From a bacterium (lineage in GTDB: Bacteria > Zhuqueibacterota > QNDG01 > JABMRT01), in contig DSAP01000089.1 in the NCBI GenBank assembly GCA_011046415.1, positions 4,064 to 68,063 of the forward strand: DNA of 64,000 bases. Reading direction: 5' to 3'. A program made the translations under genes and the position numbers. The notes under the pieces were generated by a model. It was given only the letters and a program-made list of their open reading frames with translations. It searched no databases and had not been told where the DNA came from. Below are positions 9,216-18,172 of the stretch, in pieces. How positions within the stretch are numbered: position 1 is the first letter of the stretch; each line of letters opens with the position of its first letter.

Positions 9216-9906
9216 TCATGTCTCCGCGTCGGCATGCGCGAGCGCCGAGGGGGTGCGGCATCCGACGATGGCCGGAGCTTCGTGGATCAGCGCGTCGTTT
9301 TGGAGGGCCTCGACCATGAAGAGGGCGAAGTCGACTCGGCGTGTCCGGTTGCTCTTGAGTATGGGATCGCCCACATGACGGCTCCACACGGGCAGGCCCT
9401 GGCTTTCGCCCTCTTCGAGGTCGCTCCCCCGGACGACCGTCCACAATGCATCGCTGGCGAAGATGCGGCGGCAGGCTTCCACCTGGTCGTGGATGTCGAT
9501 CAACCGGGTCAGCCGACCGATCCATTCGGCCAATTTTTCCTGGACTTTCAAGGTGCGGGAATACCTGTCATGCCCGTCCCGCGTGATGTGCCAGCCGCAG
9601 GAAAAGATGAGGCGCGCGCCCGGACGCGCAAAGTCGAGAACCGCCTGCGCCGTTCCCGAAGAGTAATTCTTAACGCCCCAGGGGACCAAGACCGTGAGCA
9701 CGCCGTCGCATCCTTCGACCGCCTGTTGAATCACCCCGCGATCGTTCGTCGCGCCCGGGACGATCGTGATGCGTCCCTTGAACGCATTGAGCTTGCCGGC
9801 GCTCTTTTCCCGGCAGACCCCGACCACCTCGTACCCCCGATCCAGTGCGTGCCGCACCATGTACCGGCCGAGCTTTCCGGACGCCCCGATGATGCAGACT
9901 TTCATA
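9216..9906 (-). CDS. NAD(P)H-binding oxidoreductase (NmrA/SDR-a like)
   Basis: MKVCIIGASGKLGRYMV Rossmann GxxGxxG motif. Start trimmed to the MKV codon, which has AGAGGAAA 8 nt upstream. The track start at 9950 is less likely. Confidence 0.7.
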
Positions 9907-10097
9907 GAATCGTTTCCTCTTTTTAAAGGTTTGTGGCTATATAGTTCCATCCCGGACGGATGTCCGGAAAAAAATTATACCGTCTTAGAGCATACCCCGC
10001 ACCTGAAACATCCAAGGGACCGACAGCTATTAAAAAATAAGTGAGATTATGTTCTCTCCTGCCAAGTTCGAGGATCTCGCCGCACATGAAAAACCGC

Positions 10098-10337
10098 CTA
10101 TACCACGATTTGCGTCTCTTCGACAATATAGAAAACAACATAAGGAAAGCGACGTATCAAAGCCCGGCGTACGTTTTTGTAGACATGTTTATGGAAATCG
10201 GGATTACGCTGAATAGAACGAAATGCTTCGTCGATGCACGACAGAAAATCAGAACCCAATCCGGACAGACAATCGTTATACCATAAAACACTCTCTGTGA
10301 TATCTGCCTCTGGACGGACGACGATTTCTTTAATCAC
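10098..10337 (-). CDS. ParE/RelE-family type II toxin
   Basis: A 79-aa protein with a GTG start overlapping the upstream stop (GTGA). The C-terminal RRALIRRFPYVVFYIVEETQIVV is typical of ParE/RelE. The local GC is low. Confidence 0.65.
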   Translation of the reverse strand: MIKEIVVRPEADITESVLWYNDCLSGLGSDFLSCIDEAFRSIQRNPDFHKHVYKNVRRALIRRFPYVVFYIVEETQIVV

Positions 10338-10546
10338 AGATTTTTCCTGATTATCTCCCGGACCAACCCCCAGGGCGAACCGGCTTCGGGATTCCGATGA
10401 TATGAATCAAGCCGCCTGTCGAGTTCTGCTTTCTGAGATTCAGTCAAACAAGAAAAGGCAGACCGGGATCTGCCTTTTCTGTTGGATGTTTCGGAACGGA
10501 AACCTCTTACAGATTCTCGATAACCGCCTGCCCGAATTCGGAACAC
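10334..10546 (-). CDS. Putative addiction-module antitoxin (TIGR02574-like C-terminus). The N-terminus is uncertain and may be truncated.
   Basis: C-terminal [37 protein letters not shown] matches the addiction module component family. The N-terminal 30 aa of the track ORF overlap the icd 3' end and look unlike the family. Confidence 0.5.
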   Translation of the reverse strand: MFRIRAGGYRESVRGFRSETSNRKGRSRSAFSCLTESQKAELDRRLDSYHRNPEAGSPWGLVREIIRKNL

Positions 10547-11856
10547 TTCAGCTTGGTCGCCCCTTCCATCTGGCGTTCGAGGTCATAGGTGACCCGCTTC
10601 TGGCCGATGGTCTTTCCCATCGCACGGATGATCCTCTCCGCCGCCTCGCCCCATCCCAGATGCTCCAGCATCATCGTACCGGAGAGAATCACGGAGCCGG
10701 GATTCACCTGATCCTTGCCCGTGTATTTCGGAGCCGTGCCGTGTGTCGCCTCGAACAGCGCGATCCGGTCGCTCATGTTGGCGCCCGGCGCGAGCCCCAG
10801 CCCGCCCACCTGGGCGGCGCAGGCGTCCGACAGATAATCCCCGTTGAGATTGGGAAGCGCGACCACATCGTACTCGTCCGGGCGAAGGAGTACCTGCTGG
10901 AACATCTGATCCGCGATCCGGTCCTTGATCACGATCCGGCCGGCCGGCTTCTTCCCGTCGTATTGATCCCACAACTCCTTTTCCGTCACGATCCGGTCCC
11001 GGAATTCCTCCCTGGCCAGCTCATATCCCCAGTCGCGGAAGGCGCCCTCGGTGAATTTCATGATGTTGCCCTTGTGGACGAGCGTCACGGACTCACGGTT
11101 GTGATCGAGCGCATACTGGATGGCCTTGCGCACCAGCCTTTTCGTGCCCGTGATGCTGATGGGTTTGATGCCCACGCCCGAATCCGGGCGGACCGTCTTG
11201 CCCATTTCCTCGGAGAGGAAGCGGATCATCTTTTTCGCCTCCGGGGTGCCCTGTTCGAATTCGATGCCGGAGTAGACGTCCTCCGTATTTTCCCGGAAAA
11301 TCACCACATCGAGCCTTTCCGGCTCCTTGACGGGACACGGCACGCCCTCGAACCAGCGTACAGGCCGGACGCAGGCATACAGATCGAGCTGCTGACGCAG
11401 CCCCACGTTCAGGCTGCGGAAGCGCCGGGTGACCCATTTCGAGCCGCATTTGACACAGGCCGCGGGCCGGGCGTCTCCCTCTCCGTTCTGTTCCGCCGCG
11501 CATTCCAGACAAACATAGTGGAAACCGCCGACCGGCGTGGTGAGCGGCCCCTTGATGGCTACGGCATATTCCCGGATGGCGGCCAGGGTGTCTCCGGGCA
11601 GGACGGTGTCGATTCCGTATTTCTGAATGGCCTTGAGTCCCGCGAAAATTTCGAACCAGACGATCTTCTTTTTGCCGCCGTAGGCCTTCGCGACCGCCGC
11701 ATCGAGCACGGGTTGTGTCGCGCGCCAGATATCGGGACCGGTCCCGTCTCCCTCGATGAAGGGGATGACGGGATGATCCGGAACCCGGATCTGATCGCCT
11801 TCGAATGAGATTTTTTCTCCCGCGGCCGGTGGGACCAGTTTTTCAAACGCCGCCAT
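10507..11856 (-). CDS. icd: NADP-dependent isocitrate dehydrogenase (prokaryotic homodimeric type) carrying a Cys4 insertion
   Basis: Alignable end to end with E. coli Icd ([57 protein letters not shown]), except for a 32-35 aa insertion. Confidence 0.9.
   Translation of the reverse strand: MAAFEKLVPPAAGEKISFEGDQIRVPDHPVIPFIEGDGTGPDIWRATQPVLDAAVAKAYGGKKKIVWFEIFAGLKAIQKYGIDTVLPGDTLAAIREYAVAIKGPLTTPVGGFHYVCLECAAEQNGEGDARPAACVKCGSKWVTRRFRSLNVGLRQQLDLYACVRPVRWFEGVPCPVKEPERLDVVIFRENTEDVYSGIEFEQGTPEAKKMIRFLSEEMGKTVRPDSGVGIKPISITGTKRLVRKAIQYALDHNRESVTLVHKGNIMKFTEGAFRDWGYELAREEFRDRIVTEKELWDQYDGKKPAGRIVIKDRIADQMFQQVLLRPDEYDVVALPNLNGDYLSDACAAQVGGLGLAPGANMSDRIALFEATHGTAPKYTGKDQVNPGSVILSGTMMLEHLGWGEAAERIIRAMGKTIGQKRVTYDLERQMEGATKLKCSEFGQAVIENL
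11419..11523 (-). other. In-frame insertion in icd encoding a CxxC-(N16)-CxxC zinc-ribbon-like knuckle immediately N-terminal to the conserved regulatory Ser (RSLN)
   Basis: PVGG-[[35 protein letters not shown]]-RSLNV here, against PVGG-GI-RSLNV in E. coli. The codons were read directly from the DNA. Confidence 0.8.
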
Positions 11857-11882
11857 AAAGACCTCCCGGAGTAATGGATATT

Positions 11883-13814
11883 TCAGTCGGTAATCTGCTG
11901 TTTCGCAAAAGCCAGTGCCCCGCCTGCCCGCAGGATCCGGACGTCCCGTCCGGACAAATTGTGAAGGACGCGAATGTCGGTTCCCTGTGTCTCGTTTCTC
12001 AGCATCATCCTGCCGGAATCCAGGCCGGAGGTGTCGATCGTCACGGTGTCGTCCTGTGCGATCGTTTCGTAGTCTCCCTCGTCCTCGAACACGAGAGGGA
12101 GGATACCGAAATTAATCAGATTGGCCAGATGGATCCGGGCGAATGATTTGACGACGACCGCCTTCACGCCGAGCGCCATGGGGGCCAGTGCCGCGTGTTC
12201 CCGGCTCGATCCCTGTCCGTAATTGGCGCCGCCCACGACGATGCCGCCTCCGGCTTCCCGTGCCCGTTTGGGGAAGGTGGGGTCCACCGCCTCGAACACA
12301 TATTCGGATATCGCGGGGATGTTGGACCGCAGCGGAAGGATTTTCGCCCCCGCGGGCATGATATGATCGGTCGTGATGTTGTCGCCGACCTTGAGGAGCA
12401 CCGTTCCCCGGACCGGATCGGACAGGGGTCCCTTGATCGGCAGCGGCTGGATATTCGGCCCGCGCTGGATGACGACCCTCTCCGGCGCATCAGACGGGAG
12501 GAGGATCATGGCATCGTCCACGGGAAAAGTTTCGGGGGTGCGGACCTGAACCGGCTCCATGCCCAGGTCGCGGGGATCCGTAATTTCACCGGTCAGGGCC
12601 GCCGCGGCCGCCGTCTCCGGGCTGCACAGATAAACCCTGGCGCTCTTGGTGCCGCTGCGTCCCGAGAAATTCCGGTTGAAGGTGCGCAGCGAAACCGAAT
12701 CGGTCGGGGGCGAGAACCCCATGCCGATACACGGGCCGCACGCGTTCTCAAGGATGCGGACGCCCGAGGCGACGATGTCTTTCCACTGACCGCCGTCGAT
12801 CAGGGCGGTCAGGACCTGCCGGGATCCGGGAGACAGCGCGGCCGAGACACCGGGATGGATTTTGCGTCCTTTCAGCATGGCGGCGATCATGGCCACGTCC
12901 CGGAAGCTTGAATTGGTACAGCTGCCCATGGCCACCTGATGAACCTTCGTCCCCTTGAGAGAATGCACAGGCACCACGTCATCCGGTGAATGCGGCCGGG
13001 CGATCAGGGGCTCCACGGCGGACAGATCGATTTCGAGTACCTCGTCATAGTCCGCATCCGGGTCCGCCCCCAGCGGGAGGTAATGTTCGTCCCGGCCCTG
13101 GGCCCTGAGAAAGATCCGCGTCATCTCGTCGCTCGGAAAAAGCGAGCTGGTGGCTCCGAGTTCGGCCCCCATGTTCGTGATCGTGGCGCGCTCGGGAACG
13201 GTCAGCGTCTCCACACCGGGGCCGGAATACTCCATCACTTTACCGACACCGCCTTTGACGGTGAGCCTCAGGAGGATTTCGAGGATGACGTCCTTGGCCG
13301 AAACGAACGGCCGGAGCCTGCCGGTCAGACGGACATTCACGATCTTGGGCATGACGAGGTGAAACGGCCGTCCGGCCATGGCCAGGGCGATGTCGAGTCC
13401 GCCCGCGCCGATCGCCAGCATGCCGAGTCCGCCGCAGGTCGGGGTGTGGCTGTCGGATCCGAGCAGCGTCTTTCCGGGAAGTCCGAACCGCTCGAGATGG
13501 ACCTGATGGCACACACCATTTCCGGGACGCGAAAAGCGTATCCCGTATCGGGATGCGATGGTCTGGAGGAACAGATGATCGTCCGCATTTTCGAATCCGG
13601 ACTGGAGGGTGTTGTGATCGACGTAGCTGACTGAAAGCTCTGTGCGTATCCGGTCGAGCCCCATGGCCTCGAACTGAAGATAAGCCATGGTGCCGGTCGC
13701 GTCCTGGGTCAGGGTCTGATCCACACGGATAGCAATCGGGGAACCCGCAATGGATTCCCCGCTTATCAGATGACCCGTGATGATTTTCTGTGTCAGATTC
13801 TGTGGTATCATCAT
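11883..13814 (-). CDS. Aconitase-family hydratase (fused catalytic and swivel domains, about 640 aa). It is probably an aconitate hydratase, given the adjacent icd.
   Basis: Motifs [33 protein letters not shown] and [17 protein letters not shown]. Start trimmed to MMIPQNL, where the ATG overlaps the upstream TGA as ATGA. Confidence 0.75.
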   Translation of the reverse strand: MMIPQNLTQKIITGHLISGESIAGSPIAIRVDQTLTQDATGTMAYLQFEAMGLDRIRTELSVSYVDHNTLQSGFENADDHLFLQTIASRYGIRFSRPGNGVCHQVHLERFGLPGKTLLGSDSHTPTCGGLGMLAIGAGGLDIALAMAGRPFHLVMPKIVNVRLTGRLRPFVSAKDVILEILLRLTVKGGVGKVMEYSGPGVETLTVPERATITNMGAELGATSSLFPSDEMTRIFLRAQGRDEHYLPLGADPDADYDEVLEIDLSAVEPLIARPHSPDDVVPVHSLKGTKVHQVAMGSCTNSSFRDVAMIAAMLKGRKIHPGVSAALSPGSRQVLTALIDGGQWKDIVASGVRILENACGPCIGMGFSPPTDSVSLRTFNRNFSGRSGTKSARVYLCSPETAAAAALTGEITDPRDLGMEPVQVRTPETFPVDDAMILLPSDAPERVVIQRGPNIQPLPIKGPLSDPVRGTVLLKVGDNITTDHIMPAGAKILPLRSNIPAISEYVFEAVDPTFPKRAREAGGGIVVGGANYGQGSSREHAALAPMALGVKAVVVKSFARIHLANLINFGILPLVFEDEGDYETIAQDDTVTIDTSGLDSGRMMLRNETQGTDIRVLHNLSGRDVRILRAGGALAFAKQQITD

Positions 13815-14482
13815 CCATTTCCGCGGCCTGCGATGGCCTCGCGTTGTTTTTGGGAATTCAGATGCATCTTGCGCAGCAGTTTCCAGATCGTCAGCTTCCC
13901 GACCCGGATAAATCCGTACCGGTCCGTGTCGAGTTCCCGGGCGATCTGGCCGTGTCCCCATGAAGGGTGATCCAGCGCGATCTTGCGGATTTTTTCTTCG
14001 AGTCCTTCAGGAACATCCTCATCGGCTCCCTCCGAAGTCCGGATTTCCGTTTCCGCGTTTTCGGGTTCCTCTTGAACGGAATCAAGCTCTGCGGACTCTT
14101 CCTCGATGAAAGTTCGTGCTCCGTCCGCGCGATTGAAATCCCGGATCGCCGCCTCGACCGAATCATAGGCTTTGAGTATATAATGGAATTCGAGGAGTTC
14201 GAATACTTCGTATACGTCCGGAATCATGTTGGCCAGCTTGAGGTCACCGCCGCGCTCCCGGATTCCTTTGATCTCGCTGATGAAGATTCCCCAGCCGGCG
14301 CTCGAAATATAATCCACGTTCCGGAGATCGATGATGACGCGGAAGACACCCGATTTGAGCAGAGAATCCAGAGCGCGTTCGAGCTCTGAGGATGTGGTGG
14401 TGTCGATGTATCCGCCCACCTTGATGATCGAAATATCCTTTTGGGTCCCCGTTTTCTCTACAGAAACTTGAATGCCTTCCAT
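13811..14482 (-). CDS. STAS-domain anti-sigma-factor antagonist (SpoIIAA/RsbV-like) with a C-terminal transposase-type HTH extension
   Basis: STAS core with the phosphorylatable-Ser motif NVDYISSAGWG. Then an acidic linker and ALDHPSWGHGQIARELDTDRYGFIRVGKLTIWKLLRKMHL, an HTH_32-like sequence. Start taken at MEGIQVSV. Confidence 0.75.
   Translation of the reverse strand: MEGIQVSVEKTGTQKDISIIKVGGYIDTTTSSELERALDSLLKSGVFRVIIDLRNVDYISSAGWGIFISEIKGIRERGGDLKLANMIPDVYEVFELLEFHYILKAYDSVEAAIRDFNRADGARTFIEEESAELDSVQEEPENAETEIRTSEGADEDVPEGLEEKIRKIALDHPSWGHGQIARELDTDRYGFIRVGKLTIWKLLRKMHLNSQKQREAIAGRGNG
13814..13993 (-). other. HTH_32-like (IS3/IS481 transposase N-terminal type) DNA-binding module appended to the STAS protein
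   Basis: About 45% identical over about 55 aa to the HTH segment of the neighbouring kinase/phosphatase protein (the HPxYG..I..EL..xKYGF signature). Confidence 0.6.
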
Positions 14483-14556
14483 TTTCATCTCCTTAAAAAA
14501 ATTATCATTATATAACATAATGACACAACGAAATTTAATAGAAAATCACACCATTG

Positions 14557-17500
14557 TCAACTTTTTTTCTGATAAACCGCCCTCTGCCGGATAAGCCGCT
14601 GCATCCGTTTAATGCGTTCCACGATATCGCCGCGCATGGGATCGCGCTTTAAAACCTCTCCCCACTGCCAAACCGCCCTCTTATAATCTCCCTGATTGGC
14701 GTAGATGACCCCCAGATTTTCGAGGATATGGACATTGTCCGGCATCAGCTCGCGGGCGGCCGTATACGCACGCTTGGCCTTTTCGAGCTGCCCCAGACGA
14801 AAATAGGCATCGCCCTGGGCATGGTAGGCTGCACCGAATTTCTGGTCGCATGCGATGGCCTTGTTGAACTCTTCGATGGCCCGAGCAAAGAGACCTTCCT
14901 GGTAAAACCACTGGCCGGATTCCAGAAACCGCATCCGGTTGAGCCGCCGGGCATTCTCCGGGTTGGCCTCCAGGATGGCCGGTTGCCGAGTCTCCAGATC
15001 CGACCCTTCACCGAGAAGGGAATCCGTCCATATCTCCATGTCCGTCTCGTCGAAAATCTCTCCGGTTATTCCGGATTCTTTCCGGCCCGAATCCTGGTTT
15101 TCCTCGCCGATCAATTCATCTATCAGAGATTCCTGCGAACCATCGGATAAAAACCCGGACATCAGGGGAAAAAACGCCGGATCATCCCCGGATTCTGTAA
15201 CCGCTTCCGGCAATACATCGCCACTGTCGTCTCCTGCGGCGAGCGGGTCGTCAAACGAGTCATCCATCCGTATCAGGAGACCGGAAGAATCATCAACGAG
15301 TGATTCAAACGAGAAGTCATCCCGGGGATCAGAGGACGGCTCACCCATCCTCTCAGTCAGCGCCTCGTCGATGTTTTCGGGGTGGGGCTGCTCGGATTCG
15401 GATTCGACGTCCAGTTCTTCCCAATCGGCTTCCATGGCTGAAATTTCCTCGTCATCGCCGGCGGACTCTCCGTCGTCTTCGGATGCGATGCCGGTGAAAT
15501 CGCGTTCGATCGCTTCCGCAAGGTCCTTGTCTCCGGGCGGCTGGACGGTCACTTCCGGTGTCTCCTGCACGGAAGGATGTTCTTCTGCTTCCTTATGTTC
15601 GGGTGGGGCGCCGCGTGAAACGGCGATCTCAGGTTGTTTTTCGGCCGGTTTTCCCTGGAGGTGATCCGTTTCGGGCGTCTTCTTTTCGGGCAGAGACGTT
15701 CCGGGCGACGGTTTCGAAGGGGCGGGCTTGCGGAGTGTCGGCGAAATAATAACCCGACCGTCCAGCGTCAGCATGGGCGTCCCCGGTGTTTTCATCCGTT
15801 TTCCGCGTCCGCCCCGCTCCACGAAGGCCATGCGGAGTTCCTTGGTATTGAGACGGTTTCGCACCAGTTCTTCGTATAACCGGGCTTCATCGATCTGGAA
15901 AAAGCCGTATTTTTCCGTGTTGAGCTCGTCACGGATCCGTTTCGGTCCGTACTCGGGATGGGTCTTGATTACATCAAAAATCTTGGCCTTGTCTTCGATG
16001 GCGATGTGTTTTTCTTCGATGAGGGAGCGGCCGACCCGGTCTTTCATTCCCTGCTCGCCGTTTTTTTCATAGAGTTTTTTATATTTATAATAAGTCGACG
16101 TGGAAACGCCCGCCTTCTCACAGGCCTCCTTGACTGTCATGCCTTCCTTCTGCACCATGCGAAGCAGATCCGTATGGATATTCAGAAACACCTCTTCCAC
16201 GCTCATCTTCTCGCGGATCGCAACCAGGGTGATGTCATCGCTCTGCGGCTCCCCGCCCGTAAAGGTATAGATCTCCTGTTTGATGCTCTCGACGAGGGGT
16301 TCCACCTTCTGATCGCCCGCCTTGCGGATCACGGACAAAAACCGCTCGTCTCCGAACCGGTTCCGGTTGATGTCCATCGCCTCGGTGATGCCGTCCGTAT
16401 AGACGATCAGCACATCATCCGGACGAAGCTGAAGCGTGTCCGACTCGATGGAATTTCTGAACAAAGTCTGGTCGGGCAGGTTGATTCCGATCGGAAAACC
16501 GCGCGGGTTCAGATAGTAGCTTTTCTGGCTTTGACCGCGGTAAAGAATCATGGGATTATGACCCGCGCTGGCATAGTTGATCGTCCTGCGTTTCGAGTCG
16601 AGGATGATGTAAAACACGGTGACGAACATGCCGCGCTTCATGTCGTTGATCACGAAATCATTGACTTTGGACAGCACATCGGCCGCATTCTTGTTGCCCC
16701 GCGCCTCCGTCCTGAGCGCCGTCCGAATCATGGTCATGACCAGTGATCCGGGCACCCCTTTGCCGGACACATCCGCGACCACGATTCCCAATGAATCCCT
16801 GTCCACCCTGAAAAAATCGAAATAGTCACCGCCCACCTCCTTGGCGGCCTCGTAGCAGGAGGCGATCTCATAGCCATCGATTTCAGGGAAGGTCGCCGGA
16901 AGCAGGGTGTGCTGGATTTCCTGGGCCACCTGCATTTCTTTCTGGAGCCGTTCCTGTTCCGCCAGATTTTCCTGGGATTTTCTGAATTTCTCCGTGATCT
17001 CGTTGAAGGCCTGGGCGATCTCGCCAATCTCGTCGTTCCCATCGAATTCCATCTCGTCCCGGACCTCGCCGTGGCCCAGATCGCGGACCCATTTGGAGAG
17101 TTTCTTGAAGGGACTCATGGTAAGATAGACGAGTCCGAATGTGAAGAGATATCCGAAAGCAAGCGCGAGAATCGCCTTGATAAGAGTAAATTGACGTTCC
17201 GATTTGATCGTTGCATCGATCATCTGTTTGTTCATCAACACATGGACGGTACCCAGGCGGATATTCCGGTTGTCCACCTGCTTGAGGGCCGGTTCGACGA
17301 CATCATACACCCTGACCCCGTCATGCTGAAACTGATACACATGATCACGGATCGGGTTCGCCCCGGCCGGCAAGATGAATTCATTGTGAAGCGCTTCGAG
17401 GTTGACGACTCCCTGAATTACGTTGATCGTATCCACGACGATGATCTCGACGATGCGGGGATGATATTCCCTGTGAATATCGGTCACGATCGTGGACAAG

Positions 17501-18153
17501 TCCCACCAGTTTGGGGGGTCGTAAGAAAGATACTCGATACTCTGGTGGCCGACGGACCTGGCCAGCGTTTCACCGGAAGCGAGCGCATCATTCCTGATTT
17601 TATTGTCAAGATGAAGATAGGTCCAGATGAACCAGATCAGCATCAACGCCGTCAGGAGCACCGAAGCGAGCGCGGAAAACCGGGTTTTCATGGAAAACGG
17701 AATCTCCGGAGTACGGAGCCGTTTCATGCCGGTCTTTCTCGATTTGGTGAGCCGGAGTTCATTGCCTTCCGGAAGTTTCCGGTAATCGATTTTGTCGATC
17801 ACACGCCGGATAATAAATATCCCGAGGCCGCCTTTCTTGCCGATATGCACGTAACGCTGGAGATCCGGGTCTTTCACCTGTCTGGGATCAAAGGAGTGCC
17901 CCTGGTCCACCAGCGACACCGTCACGTCCTTATCCCGGATTATCATCCGCATGGTGATCGCGCCTTCCCAGTCGCGGTAGGCGTGCCGGATGATGTTGGT
18001 GCCGGCCTCGTCGATTGCCAGTTTGAAGGCGTTGATCACCTGCTCTGAGATCCCGTGTTTCCGTCCGAAATGCATCACGGAATCGCGCATTTCACCCAGA
18101 TGATCGATCTCGGCAGGGAAGGTCCATTCTTCTTTGATGACGCGTTTGAACAT
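14557..18153 (-). CDS. Multidomain partner-switching regulator: RsbW-like GHKL Ser kinase, TM, periplasmic sensor, TM, HAMP, PP2C/SpoIIE phosphatase, transposase-type HTH (HTH_28 plus HTH_32), polyacidic region, TPR repeats
   Basis: Residues 1-145 are HATPase_c-like (AIDEAGTNIIRHAY, GGLGIFIIRRV). There are two hydrophobic helices. HAMP is NDEIGEIAQAFNEITEKF. PP2C is GGDYFDF..VADVSGKGVPGSLVMT..GHNPMILY..IVYTDGITEA. HTH is MTVKEACEKAGVSTSTYYKYKK followed by THPEYGPKRIRDELNTEKYGFFQ. A D/E-rich stretch of about 170 aa follows, then C-terminal TPRs. Confidence 0.8.
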   Translation of the reverse strand: MFKRVIKEEWTFPAEIDHLGEMRDSVMHFGRKHGISEQVINAFKLAIDEAGTNIIRHAYRDWEGAITMRMIIRDKDVTVSLVDQGHSFDPRQVKDPDLQRYVHIGKKGGLGIFIIRRVIDKIDYRKLPEGNELRLTKSRKTGMKRLRTPEIPFSMKTRFSALASVLLTALMLIWFIWTYLHLDNKIRNDALASGETLARSVGHQSIEYLSYDPPNWWDLSTIVTDIHREYHPRIVEIIVVDTINVIQGVVNLEALHNEFILPAGANPIRDHVYQFQHDGVRVYDVVEPALKQVDNRNIRLGTVHVLMNKQMIDATIKSERQFTLIKAILALAFGYLFTFGLVYLTMSPFKKLSKWVRDLGHGEVRDEMEFDGNDEIGEIAQAFNEITEKFRKSQENLAEQERLQKEMQVAQEIQHTLLPATFPEIDGYEIASCYEAAKEVGGDYFDFFRVDRDSLGIVVADVSGKGVPGSLVMTMIRTALRTEARGNKNAADVLSKVNDFVINDMKRGMFVTVFYIILDSKRRTINYASAGHNPMILYRGQSQKSYYLNPRGFPIGINLPDQTLFRNSIESDTLQLRPDDVLIVYTDGITEAMDINRNRFGDERFLSVIRKAGDQKVEPLVESIKQEIYTFTGGEPQSDDITLVAIREKMSVEEVFLNIHTDLLRMVQKEGMTVKEACEKAGVSTSTYYKYKKLYEKNGEQGMKDRVGRSLIEEKHIAIEDKAKIFDVIKTHPEYGPKRIRDELNTEKYGFFQIDEARLYEELVRNRLNTKELRMAFVERGGRGKRMKTPGTPMLTLDGRVIISPTLRKPAPSKPSPGTSLPEKKTPETDHLQGKPAEKQPEIAVSRGAPPEHKEAEEHPSVQETPEVTVQPPGDKDLAEAIERDFTGIASEDDGESAGDDEEISAMEADWEELDVESESEQPHPENIDEALTERMGEPSSDPRDDFSFESLVDDSSGLLIRMDDSFDDPLAAGDDSGDVLPEAVTESGDDPAFFPLMSGFLSDGSQESLIDELIGEENQDSGRKESGITGEIFDETDMEIWTDSLLGEGSDLETRQPAILEANPENARRLNRMRFLESGQWFYQEGLFARAIEEFNKAIACDQKFGAAYHAQGDAYFRLGQLEKAKRAYTAARELMPDNVHILENLGVIYANQGDYKRAVWQWGEVLKRDPMRGDIVERIKRMQRLIRQRAVYQKKS
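15814..16161 (-). other. Transposase-derived HTH_28 plus HTH_32 module embedded in the kinase/phosphatase protein
   Basis: Residues about 665-780 of the 1198-aa protein. No DDE catalytic domain follows. Confidence 0.6.
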
Positions 18154-18172
18154 GATTGCCCCGCGGCGATGA

